64,000 bases of DNA, from positions 319,096 to 383,095 of the forward strand of contig NMRA01000382.1 of NCBI GenBank assembly GCA_002633005.1. The letters run 5' to 3'. This DNA comes from Phoronis australis (Eukaryota > Animalia > Phoronida). The notes under the pieces were generated by a model. That model ran no database searches and was not told the origin of the DNA. It worked only from the letters and a program-made list of their open reading frames with translations. Below, piece after piece: positions 54,301-64,000 of the stretch; the stretch's first letter is position 1; each line of letters opens with the position of its first letter. A program made the translations under genes and the position numbers.

Positions 54301-54601
54301 TAACGGTTCAGTGGATGAAATTGGTTGTCAAAATCTGGGACCGCTATATCCAACCAGTGCCGACGGTGGCTCTGCCAAAGTGCCAAACACATGACAAGGG
54401 CAGACAAGGCTATAGCGGTTAGTTTTGATTTTTAACCAAATCTGAAGCTAAACTTCAACTCACGGTGGTATCAGAAGTTACCACGCTATCGCTTGAACAC
54501 TGGGCACCCGTTACCTCGACTTTTCGTTTTTTACTCGGAGGAGAAGCGGCTGTCTGCGCGGAGTTGTTCTGGGCTTGAGATTCCGCGGGTGCACTGGACA
54601 T
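33309..54601 (-). CDS. UBA1: Ubiquitin-like modifier-activating enzyme 1 (ubiquitin E1), 26 coding exons, about 1067 aa
   Basis: Exons: 54464-54601 ([12 protein letters not shown]), 53642-53718 ([11 protein letters not shown]), 51987-52155 ([29 protein letters not shown]), 50895-51029, 50199-50305, 49970-50060, 49489-49621, 48511-48608, 47434-47580, 46429-46599, 45746-45856, 44976-45056, 44613-44768 ([30 protein letters not shown]), 44069-44234, 43452-43534 (duplicate copy at 42643-42725; [14 protein letters not shown]), 41597-41710 (catalytic PMCTLKNFP, Cys codon 41639-41641), 41050-41163, 39596-39742, 38526-38600, 37623-37818, 37174-37355 ([14 protein letters not shown]), 36527-36613 ([15 protein letters not shown]), 35885-35989, 34662-34745, 34081-34181, 33309-33444 (EVDVPYVRY). 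Total 3204 nt, in frame. Confidence 0.97.
35362..35530. repeat. 35-bp minisatellite, about 5 copies
   Basis: ttgtttgattacttttgtcttgtactgtagctg(c/t)a units. Confidence 0.95.
38821..39298. repeat. 44-bp minisatellite, about 11 copies
   Basis: tacaccaactacagccaggatgctgtacgaggacatgtctatta units. These explain the repetitive plus-strand ORFs at 38732-39317. Confidence 0.95.
40788..41040. mobile_element. Putative hAT-like MITE next to a UBA1 donor site
   Basis: Imperfect termini cagagtttctgtg / cacagaaccc, and three internal ggt(c/t)gccaaa subterminal repeats. Confidence 0.45.
42231..43799. repeat. Near-identical tandem duplication of about 760 bp (42231-42990 and 43042-43799) containing a UBA1 exon, joined at an N
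   Basis: Both copies run from gtagctagcaaagacccatc to ttcaactgat with only scattered substitutions and small indels. An ambiguous base N sits at 42991. Confidence 0.95.
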
Positions 54602-54786
54602 CTAGAGTTAGGGGAAGACGTAGGATTTTCAGAAAAATTAATGCGCCAACAACTTAAATACACTCGTATTTCGGAATAAAATACAAAACAATGTAATCTC
54701 GACCCTCGTTCATGCAATTCAAAGCCGAATACAAAAGGAAAACACACTTTTTGACAGGAAACACGTCTGACTCGGCTTTAAAAGTC

Positions 54787-54798
54787 CAAGATGGCGGC
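54787..54798 (+). promoter_or_regulatory. YY1-type motif in the putative first intron of UBA1
   Basis: caagatggcggc is a perfect YY1 consensus. It lies between the ATG exon and a likely non-coding exon whose donor (G|GTGAGT) is at 55059. Confidence 0.45.
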
Positions 54799-55261
54799 CC
54801 ACAAAGATCACCGGTGAGCATGTAAAGCGGTTGGGAGAATTCACAGAATGAGACACCAATTATATTAAGAAACCGGAATGTGAAAGCAAAACAACAACCG
54901 CGAACACTAATTCCCTGAGATTACGTGCGTGACATTGAAAAATAAAAACAACTGAATTGAATTGTTAACATAAGATACACACTATAAAAATCAAAAAGGA
55001 CACGACAATTATTTCTCAAAGCGGTAGACACACACCGATTCCGCATCTGAGCAACTCACCGGCACCCGACAGAGCCAAGGTTAAGTCTTCAACTATTCTC
55101 ACAGAATATGGCGTTGAGTGATCTCCAAACGAACTGGATCGTGTCCCAGGGTGTTGTGAGGAATTCTTCGGAAGATTGATACAGAGCCTGATACATAAAA
55201 TAAACTTGTTTGGAAAGAAAATTTCCCAGCGGCTAGGAAATTCCAAAAGGCTTATCGACTA

Positions 55262-55279
55262 TGAATTGCATTCTGGGTA
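55262..55279 (-). promoter_or_regulatory. ZNF143/Staf-like site in the UBA1 promoter region
   Basis: The minus strand reads tacccagaatgcaattca, matching the Staf binding-site consensus, just upstream of the putative 5' UTR exon (about 55060-55250). Confidence 0.4.
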
Positions 55280-55465
55280 TGATGTCATAGCCAAAACAAG
55301 GAAACGATCGATGGCCGCGAACTAAAACACAACTCAGCCAGTTTGAATTTTTTGCAGATCACGTGCTTTTTTGTCCATTGCTGTTGAAAATATCACCGTG
55401 CGATGTTCCAGTTTCATCATACATGGTAAAAAGATTATGTAATCGTTTTAATAGTTTTTAATAGT

Positions 55466-56226
55466 CTTTATTTCTGTTTCTGTTGACGAAGGACGTTATT
55501 ATAACATCCGAAATTTTCAGTTGATCCATTCTTGTTGTCTTATTTACCTATTTATATTCTACATTTCGTGAAACAATAGTATCCTTGGGAGGATCTGGAT
55601 CGCCTTATTTAGTTTCAGATTTATTTTCTGCGTCTTTGTTTCTGTTTCTGGTGGCAAAGGACGTTATTACATCCGAAAATTTCAGTTGATCCTTTCTTGT
55701 TGTTTTATTTACCTTTTTGTATTCTTTATTTCCGTTTCTGTTGACAAAGGACGTCATTACATCCGAAAATTTCAGTTGATCCATTCTTGTTGTTTTATTT
55801 ACCTTTTTTGTATTCTTTATTTCTGTTTCTGTTGACAAAGGACGTCATTACATCCGAAAATTTCAGTTGATCCATTCTTGTTGTTTTATTTACCTATTTA
55901 CATTCTACGTTTCGTGAAACAATAGTATCCTTGGGAGGATCTGGATCGCGTTATTTAGTTTCAGATTTATTTTCTGCGTCTTTATTTATGTTTCTGGTAG
56001 CAAAGGACGTTATAACATTCGAAAATTTCAGTTGATCCATTCTTGTTGATTTATTTACCTTTTTTGCATTCTTTATTTCTGTTTCTGTTGACAAAGGACG
56101 TCATTACATCTGAAAATTTCAGTTGATCCATTCTTGTTATTTTATTTACCTATTTGTATTCTCGTGAAACAATAGTATCCTTGGGAGGATCTGAATCGCC
56201 ATATTTAGTTTCAGATTTATTTTCTA
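55466..56226. repeat. Compound tandem repeat: about 90-bp A units interleaved with about 75-bp B units (A-B-A-A-A-B-A-A-B)
   Basis: The A marker aaggacgt(t/c)att..catccgaaaatttcagttgatcc occurs at about 55491, 55659, 55749, 55840, 56005 and 56096. The B marker gtgaaacaatagtatccttgggaggatctg occurs three times. Confidence 0.9.
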
Positions 56227-56333
56227 CAATAGTTATAACTAATACATAGTTAAAACTTTTTGTGCATTACTTGTGATTTTTCCTCAATGCATTACGCCGC
56301 GCCCAAGGGGCCGGGTTCAGCTGAAGTGGGAAG

Positions 56334-56602
56334 CATGCGCATCCAGCCTTTAATATGGGGGCTCGAATTTCCGGACGATGTGGACCTTTACCAACAAAAG
56401 CAGCCGAAGTAAAAAAAAAGCGGGGTACCACGTCCAGAGCAGTGAATTGTGCGTTTGCGCCTTTCAGTTTAATCGACTTTTTGTCTCGTTTCCTCGGACT
56501 TTTCGTTTCTCTGGGGCAGAGCTTTTTTTACACTTCGCCAAATGGGGGAGGGCTCCTTAGAGCCCCCCGAGCCCAGCCCCCTCCCCGCTGGGTGCGCGCA
56601 TG
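56334..56602. mobile_element. Small putative MITE
   Basis: Imperfect inverted termini catgcgcatccagc / gctgggtgcgcgcatg with C-rich subterminal tracts. No clear TSD. Confidence 0.4.
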
Positions 56603-56895
56603 GGGACGGAAGTGGAAGAAGGGGCATGTGCCCGGCCCCGGCGTTATATTTTGCAAGCGTCAGGGTTAAATCGTGGCATCCGGTAGCTGTGGGGCCAGGC
56701 GACTGACACTAAGGAGAGACAGCGAAACATCGAGTCACCCGGCGATCGCAGGCTGTACTCCAGCCGATATCTCATCACCGATCTATCAGTGTGCAGTTGG
56801 TGCTTGCTTTATCCTTCAGTGGCCCCGTGGAGGGGTACATTGTTGTTAAGGTCACAATCCTAGCAGCATTTACTACGTCTAAACGTTTTCACTTA

Positions 56896-57656
56896 CCGTA
56901 CTCGTCCGGGTTACCGCCCTGGGCGCTTAATTAGTACTGAAAAAACAAATGGGCGGTAACCCGAGCATGGGCGGTTAAATTGAAGTTATTGAAAAGTCGG
57001 GAGTGAATGCTTGCTGCACAAACGACCGATTTTATCCTCACGGGGCTACACTGACGTCGGGCTTCAAGCATATCAGTTAAAATATAGGTCCGGAGGATTG
57101 AAGTAACGGACTTCGATCATGGGCCTGAAGTGGAATAGCGCACAAGCCAGTGGCGCCGTGATTGAGCGTGACTGGGTTTTTGCATACCTTGGTCGCTGCT
57201 CGTCATGTCTTGGAACTGATGTATTCTTACAGATAGACGTGCATTCAGTGGGCAAGTTTCATGAGAGAAAAGTAAGATCACGCAAGACTGTAGACCGGGA
57301 TCCCAGAGTTTTTTTGGGCAAGAAAAGGTAACCAATTTTCTTTGGTGCCACAGTGCTCTGTGGGTATCCTTAGGCTATGCTTGGAAATGGCCGTCTGGCA
57401 GGTTCGCTTTGGTGGGTGTGGTCAGGGGAGCCAAGACGGAATGACACTCAATTGAGCTAGACCAACTTTTCTGGTAACCATTTCAAACCGCCTTGGAAAC
57501 CTCCAGCGTGGTGACTGTATCAAAATTGGTCACCCAGACAATTTCAGTTGTGGGGAGTATCAGCCAGACAGCTATAAACAAGGTGAAAATTTTGAGCTCG
57601 ATCAATCCAAGAGGCCAACCGCCCGCGGGCATGAGCTGTAACCCGGACGAGTACGG
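56896..57656. mobile_element. 761-bp non-autonomous Tc1/mariner-superfamily (pogo/Tc2-like) element
   Basis: Perfect 19-bp TIRs ccgtactcgtccgggttac / gtaacccggacgagtacgg, flanked by TA on both sides. No transposase ORF inside. Confidence 0.85.
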
Positions 57657-57985
57657 TAATAGGGCTTTCACGACGTACGCATGTAGGGCCGTCGGCAACC
57701 CGGCCTTGGGCCGGGTGGGACCGCTGACTGCATCCATAGGCCTAGTTTAGGTCCTACAAAGTGTGCCAAATCCGCCCTTCTCTAATGTTCAGCAGGAAAG
57801 CGAAAAAGAGCCACAACGTGCTTAAATACGAAGTTGTCAGAAACAGACAAACGTATTTTGCGCCACCGGAAAACGAGCAGCAATATCTAAACACCGTAGG
57901 TAAAAATTGATGTGAATGGTTGTCCCGATTTTACGTATTATGTGACAATCAACTTGCTCGTAACTCGAGATCGTCTGATAGTGTT

Positions 57986-58307
57986 CAGAAGCGGATCTAG
58001 GATACCATAAGGGGGGGGGCAACAAATGACTGTCTCTGGAGGAATTGGGCGAAGTCTGATTGCATGTGCAGCCGAGGCCCGAAGTTGCGGGGATCGGGTA
58101 TGTGAACCTTCTACCGATGAACTATAAAAAACGGGACAGCGCCGCGATCTGGGATCTGAGCCCCCATTCCGCGCTACCGGTCCTACTGAATTACCCAATA
58201 CTTCCTCACGCTTCACACCGTTGTTGTTCCAAATTGAATTTGTTTCATTTGCTGCGAGCAAAGTGGGGTGGGCGCCCCCCCCCCCCCCCCNCCCAAATAC
58301 GCCTATG
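57986..58307. mobile_element. Interspersed repeat related to the fragment at 6400-6573
   Basis: Starts cagaagcggatctagg followed by a G-run and ends with a C-run followed by aaatacgcctatg. Contains an N at 58291. Confidence 0.45.
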
Positions 58308-60214
58308 GTGTTTGCGTGTAATCTTACTTGACAGATGATAGACTGATAGACTGGTGGTTGTTTTTTATTTATTTGTTTTGGTGTTTTAATGTGAAACTGG
58401 TGTTTTTACATTACAGAAAAAAATTCTCAAATTCACTACATCGTTGTACTTACCGAAGCAAACTTACAGGGTTGTTTAAATGATCAATTCGTGAAGCGCT
58501 GTTTTAAAAGAACTGTGCCAAATTTTAAGAAAAACGATTATAAGCTCAAGTAAAAATAAAAACGCATTTGATGTTAAACGTGCAAGAACATTCCCGTTCC
58601 AACTTTTATTGTACACCGAACGTTGTTTAACATGTCCACTCAGTGAAGCCCAGCTGCAGTGAATTAGAGGGGGCAGCCGGTGTGTCCTGTAGTTGGATAC
58701 TCTTGGTTCGAGTCGGCTCTAGGCACCCTAGCATACTGCCAGACCCTTGAGTCAGGTCTCTAGCTTCTCAGCTCGACTTCAACTATATATTAATAAAGAA
58801 TAAGCATTTTGTTTTTCCAGGTGATCAATGAGAAAAGGCACCCGGAACGGCTTGAGCACGTTGGTACGTGTACTAGACTGCCCAGTGTGCAATAGGCCCA
58901 ACCAAGCAGTGAGTTGCCCTGGCAGTTGAATAGTAGGAAAAATGGTACCAACCCGGCCACTTCAAAAGGCGACATAAGCTCATGACATCGTTCAACACTA
59001 TTATTTAGATCCAGTCATATTATCTCCACTGACAGCCGATAGCTCACCTCGCGGCTGGTCCCTGGCCCCACGTACGCACCTATACAGTCAGCACACCCTT
59101 TAGAATTGGTCGGTGTAACCTCAGCAGCCTTGGTTAGCTTCACAACAACGTGAAAAAATTGCTGACTTCATTGAACGATTTTTAGCCTTGTCATGCAAGT
59201 GGCGTAGCGGCAACTATTTCGTTTTACAGGCCTAAGGTTTAACAGAGTGCGTGCTTGAAACACATGCATGTACATTATAAACACATCTTGCCGATTTACC
59301 GGTGCGGTGTTATTCATACTGTATGAATACATGTCAGTATCGTTAACAAATGTCATCGACAGTAGAACGATGCACTCCAAAAAGGCGCAACCCGGCACAC
59401 TGAATTTCCGGCTGGGATTCGGCAGATTCTTGTCTCCGTCAGTGTACGAGACCACTTGCTCAGGCCACCAGTTGCCTAGTACACTGAAAACTGATATTAG
59501 TTACAATAACGAAAACAACGATCTCGAAGTAGCTATGCAAAGGTTTGCTATCTGGAAACACATGAGGGCGACAGAGCACTGAGTGCCTTAGTGCCCATCT
59601 CACTGGCGGTCCCTATACAGTTCAGTTATAGCGTCTTGACTATAGTTCCCTGTGTTTAAGGGAACGGCTTCCTTTTACTATGAACACTCTAGAACTGGTA
59701 AATTCTGGTAAAAGTTATTCATTGTTAGTCTTAACAAACTAGCTTTCCGGATGCGGGTGCCCTGGGTCAGTTGTATTCCAGGGAAGCTCAGTGACTGAGT
59801 AAAGTTGGAGATCACGCACCGCTGAAGCCTAGTACTCTTATTACAACTAGTGATTCAGTGGCGTGAAGAGGTTAGGTTATGCAAGGGAGATTTTTTTATT
59901 TGATGCTCCTCTCTACTCAAATGTATGGACCTTAGTACATAAGACTAGGAATTGAATAAAAAAACCGTATCAGAAACTTTATTCAAATTTACTGAAACTC
60001 ATTAATTCCGAGTCGTTCACCGACGTTCCAAAATAAATTACCATATTGAATGGGGATCCCCAATGTGGATGCTCGGGGCCGACGCTACTGAAATAATTCA
60101 CAAACCACTAAACTTGTCACCTCAGTGCATAAGCTTTTCTCAACACTGCTTCTGCTCTTTTTGGAATGAAAACAATAAACTCAGACACTCACTAGGTAGC
60201 GCTCTCTTTCCAGC

Positions 60215-61731
60215 ATGGCGGTGATCGTTGACAAGACTTGGCAACCGCCTTTTGTTACAATGGAGACAACGTGAGTCGTATCCGAAAAACTTTTGAATTT
60301 TGTAGCACATAAAAGTTGCACAGTATTAGCTCACGCTACCTGTCTGCGTTTTGCATCTCAAGAGTCATTAAATCCTTAAACTGTGTCTGTCGAAAGACCG
60401 GTTTCGTAGATTTCATTGACGCGTCCATTCATTGATTCACAATTCAATTTTAAGCGACTTCGGCTGCACGGCACACACCCAGGCAGGCGCACGATACATA
60501 GGATAGTTGATGGATCTTACTCTAAGTAGAGCTGGTTACCCTCTTGTCAGTCCTGTATATTGTACCAACCACAGGCGTCCTCAGCTTCTGATCGTCCCCA
60601 ATACACATATAATACTACAAGGTATGACACTCCCGACTAGAAATTCCACGGGTGCTTCACTTCAGCCGTCCATAGCAAACATAAAACTCAATAAATTTAC
60701 ACAAAACAGGGGTTCAGCAAACCATGAAGAATTGTTCTTTCTCCTAATACCATTCACGGTGTCCTGTTACGGCGACTTCGTAAGAAATTCGCAGTCAAAG
60801 AACAAAAATGTTCACAAAAAGCCCCACACACACATCCTCCCTGGGCCCGTCGAGGTCAAGGACGGTACGGAAATTGCCGATGAGTTACGGAAGTAGCGAC
60901 ATCGTGACTTTACGCGACAAAGCAGGAATACGCGAGGCAACTTGTCAAGTTCACTCAAATAATCACGTCCATGTTCATAAAAAATTGCACTGCACTAAAT
61001 CAAGTTACATTTGAATGAAATATCAATTTCAACCAACCTTTATAACTGCGGGCGATCAGTTTCACCAAACAATGATCGATTTAGCCATTCACATATTCTT
61101 CCAGTTCAGCGACACAAGTTACGGTAAAAGAGAAAATGGTTGATCTCAAGACCAATAATTACAAAAATTCTTTTCACCGAACAAAAATTTCACATTTTTG
61201 CCTGAAAGAATATTCAATTCTAAGTTCACGCAACACTCGCTTCTGCTTAATCTTGAGATTAAGCTGAGCGGGATTCTTAGTTCACGCACAACAGATATGC
61301 TTTTGTGTATGAATGGTTTCTTGTTTTAGCATGAATTCTCTTTAACTTTTGCCTCATCTCCTTCCCCAGTATGCCTTCTTGATCATGATTATAATGTGAT
61401 CGTTCAAAGAATTCTCTTTAATTTTTGCCTCATCTCCTCCCCCAGTATGCCTTCTTGTTCATGATTATGTGATCGTTCAAAGAAGTCTCTTTAATTTTTG
61501 CCTCATCTCCTCCCCAAGTATGCCGCCTTGTTCATGATTAATATGTGATCGTTCAAAGAATTGTTGTGTCTTTCAGAATGGGGAAAATTGTGTTTGAGAT
61601 GTATTGGAGGCATGCCCCTAATACATGCAGAAATTTTGCCGAGCTGTCCAGGCGTGGTTACTACAATGGTGTGAAATTTCACAGAATCATCAAGGACTTC
61701 ATGATACAGGGTGGCGATCCGACTGGGACTG
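60215..61731 (+). CDS. PPIL1: Peptidyl-prolyl cis-trans isomerase-like 1 (spliceosomal cyclophilin); first two coding exons, 3' part not found in the window
   Basis: Exon 60215-60270 ([18 protein letters not shown]) and exon 61577-61731 ([52 protein letters not shown]). The WQPP N-terminus and YWxHAP motif are characteristic of PPIL1, and the phases match. Confidence 0.92.
61333..61561. repeat. About 75-bp tandem repeat, 3 copies, abutting the PPIL1 exon-2 acceptor
   Basis: gaattctctttaatttttgcctcatctcctccccagtatgccttcttgttcatgatta..atgtgatcgttcaaa units. Confidence 0.9.
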
Positions 61732-64000
61732 GTAATGTATTATTTTGCTGTTTAGAATTAATTAGAAATTTAGACTTTAGCTGATGTCATTGCTGTCTGC
61801 ACTCTCACTGTATGAAGAGGATGTCTGGCATTCTATCTGTTGACATATATCTTTACTTGCATGTGTCGTGTAAATACATTCTTAAATCTCAACATGGCTT
61901 GGTAGTAGAATGACAGGCAAGTGACATGTTTAAGGAGGGTGTTCGACAGCCTACTAATAAGTTGCCATGAACAATGAATATTTCATTTAGATCAAATAAC
62001 ATGTCAACAAGAAACTTGCAAATGTCGATATGATGTTCACTAAAGTAAATTTCTCTCATTTTTATTACATAAAATCATGGTCTCTGTATCCAACCGGCCT
62101 CATATTAATCTCCGTTGCTATTTTTGTACTGTTTCACCAGTTAGCTTTTTTTCATTCCATTTTCAACCCATAAGAATATTTATCTCCCAATACAAGCCTG
62201 GACTGCAGATAACTGCCACGCAAAACCCCGTACAGTTATTTCCATTGGGAAAGAAAGAGCCTGTGGTAAAATGTGATGCTAACAAATATGGTTCAATCCA
62301 CTTAGCTGGATATGGTTGACCAGTGTAAACATCAATGAAATTTTAAGAGTTTCACTTCTTTTGTTTTGTTGAGCTAAAGATGCTCTGTGTCATTAAAACC
62401 AAATATAAATATAAGATATTTAAATTTGTAGCAAGTGACTTCCTGGAGAACTGTGTGTACAAGTATAATGAGGAAAAGAAACAATCTGTAAATTAAGTGT
62501 GGTTTTAAAGAATCACCAAAACTGAACTCTTAAAGCAAGTGTGAACATAGCAAAAACAAACAAATAATTCCGAATCTGCCGCATTCGTTATTTGATAGTG
62601 AAAAGTGATTAGTGAACAAATACAAAACTGTGTTTTGTTTCATTAGGGTAAGGATGAAATATTACCATTCTCATTTATTGAAAATAGTCTTGTGAGATGG
62701 TAACTGGTTCTCAGATTGTTTCCGGCACACTGAAGTACCCTGGGCTGTTGGTAAATTTAGTACTTCATTTGCATGTTTACCATTTAATGAGATTTTGCAT
62801 CTTTAACTGCTCAATAGGTGAGGTAATTTCAGGTCTTCTGTGTTTGTTCCCTGTACCTAGATCCGAGAAGATTTAGAAGGATTATTACAATTGAATTCGA
62901 GGGCCTAGGCCCCTCTCCCCAGAGTGTGATATTTCCTCCAAATGCTTATAAGGGTCTAGATATAACAAACAGCAGCCTCGCCATGTATATATTCCTTCTG
63001 CATCCCTGATGGATGAAAAGCATATAATGTTGCATTATCATGTAAATTGCCATTTTGTAATTTAAACTTGAGTTTTTAAGAAAACTCTTAATACGAGTGA
63101 CTTTGTGTCATGGTGTTTTTAACTGGCAACATGCAGGGAACCTTGTGTCAAATTTTCTATGGTACGTGTACATTTTAATCTCCTAAGGGATTGCATGTTA
63201 TTAGTCATTTACCTTATACTGGGATCTCCTGTGATAGAATCTTTAAGAGACAGTCCATATAAAAACCAGTAGATTTTCAAAAATCAGTCTATACGTCAAA
63301 ATTTAAAACAACTTCATTTTTTGTACATGGGTAGGTATCCTAACATAAGCCCAAATGCCAAATTTTGTGCACTCAATGACCCCTAATTTCGCAGCTGGAG
63401 CATGATAACATAAATTAGCACAATTGGGCATATTAGCCGTCTCAAAAATTGCATGTTTTCAGCAACAAAAATGAGTAACTTACAAAATAGATCAAAAGCT
63501 ATATTTTGGTGGCTGACATAACCAACGTATACTGTGCATAATTCTGTGCCATTTATTAAAATCTGACAGTTTTTTGCTACACAGGGGAGATAATCCACAG
63601 ACCACTTTTTGGGGCTAATTTTAGTGGCCATTTTTGTGACCTTCTTGCTGCCATAAAACACCTTGTAGCCTTATGTGACGTTTTGAACATACAGTTAAAG
63701 AGTTAGTCTTGATGACTGAGCAATAAAAAATCTTGCCTCAACTATGCACTTTAGTGAAAATTGTCTTGCAAAACTGTCTATTTTCATAGTTTGGAAATGA
63801 CGAGCAGAGTTTACAGACCATTTGAATAAACTTATAGGCAAGAAGTCTGCTTTAAATAGTTATAGAAACCAAGTCTAAACTCTTTCAAATGAAATCAAGA
63901 TGTTTTCCGGGTTTATTACGCGACTAGTATCAAAACTGAACCCGGTGACCTTTGCCCACTGAGGGAGTCAGTTGAGGTTAAGCTTGAGGATATATAAAAA

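Noticed and set aside
33445-54463. Intronic C/D-box snoRNAs in UBA1
   Set aside because: Several ATGATGA motifs occur on the sense strand, but I found none with a properly spaced CTGA box and terminal stem by eye.
55578-55587. GTATCCTT (U12-type donor consensus) in the B units of the compound repeat
   Set aside because: It lies in intergenic satellite with no associated exon. All reconstructed introns look U2-type.
60200-60214. ctctctttccag before the PPIL1 ATG as a TCT/TOP initiator
   Set aside because: It is equally consistent with a 3' splice acceptor of an upstream non-coding exon and cannot be resolved without transcript data.

Overview
AT-rich, intron-rich animal genomic DNA that looks like an invertebrate; the species cannot be determined from sequence alone. 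It is not prokaryotic, so most entries in the ORF track are exon fragments or noise. By reading splice sites and phases by hand I reconstructed four genes: (1) an uncharacterised 11-exon TPR-repeat protein of about 430 aa, minus strand, 624-7634; (2) STRIP1/FAM40-family striatin-interacting protein, 19 coding exons, about 793 aa, minus strand, 13326-31432; (3) ubiquitin-activating enzyme E1 (UBA1), 26 coding exons, about 1067 aa, minus strand, 33309-54601; (4) the first two coding exons of the spliceosomal cyclophilin PPIL1, plus strand from 60215, divergent from UBA1. Introns and intergenic DNA hold minisatellites, MITEs, LINE and Penelope remnants and tRNA-derived sequences. The most notable observations are a Penelope-associated minimal hammerhead ribozyme with a U3-A8 compensatory core in STRIP intron 1, tandem arrays that copy real exon/intron junctions into decoy splice sites, a MITE whose target-site duplication is a 5' splice site, a conserved two-start (nuclear/cytoplasmic) UBA1 N-terminus, and a duplicated UBA1 exon next to an N that is probably an assembly artefact. 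All coordinates were derived manually and no database search was run.
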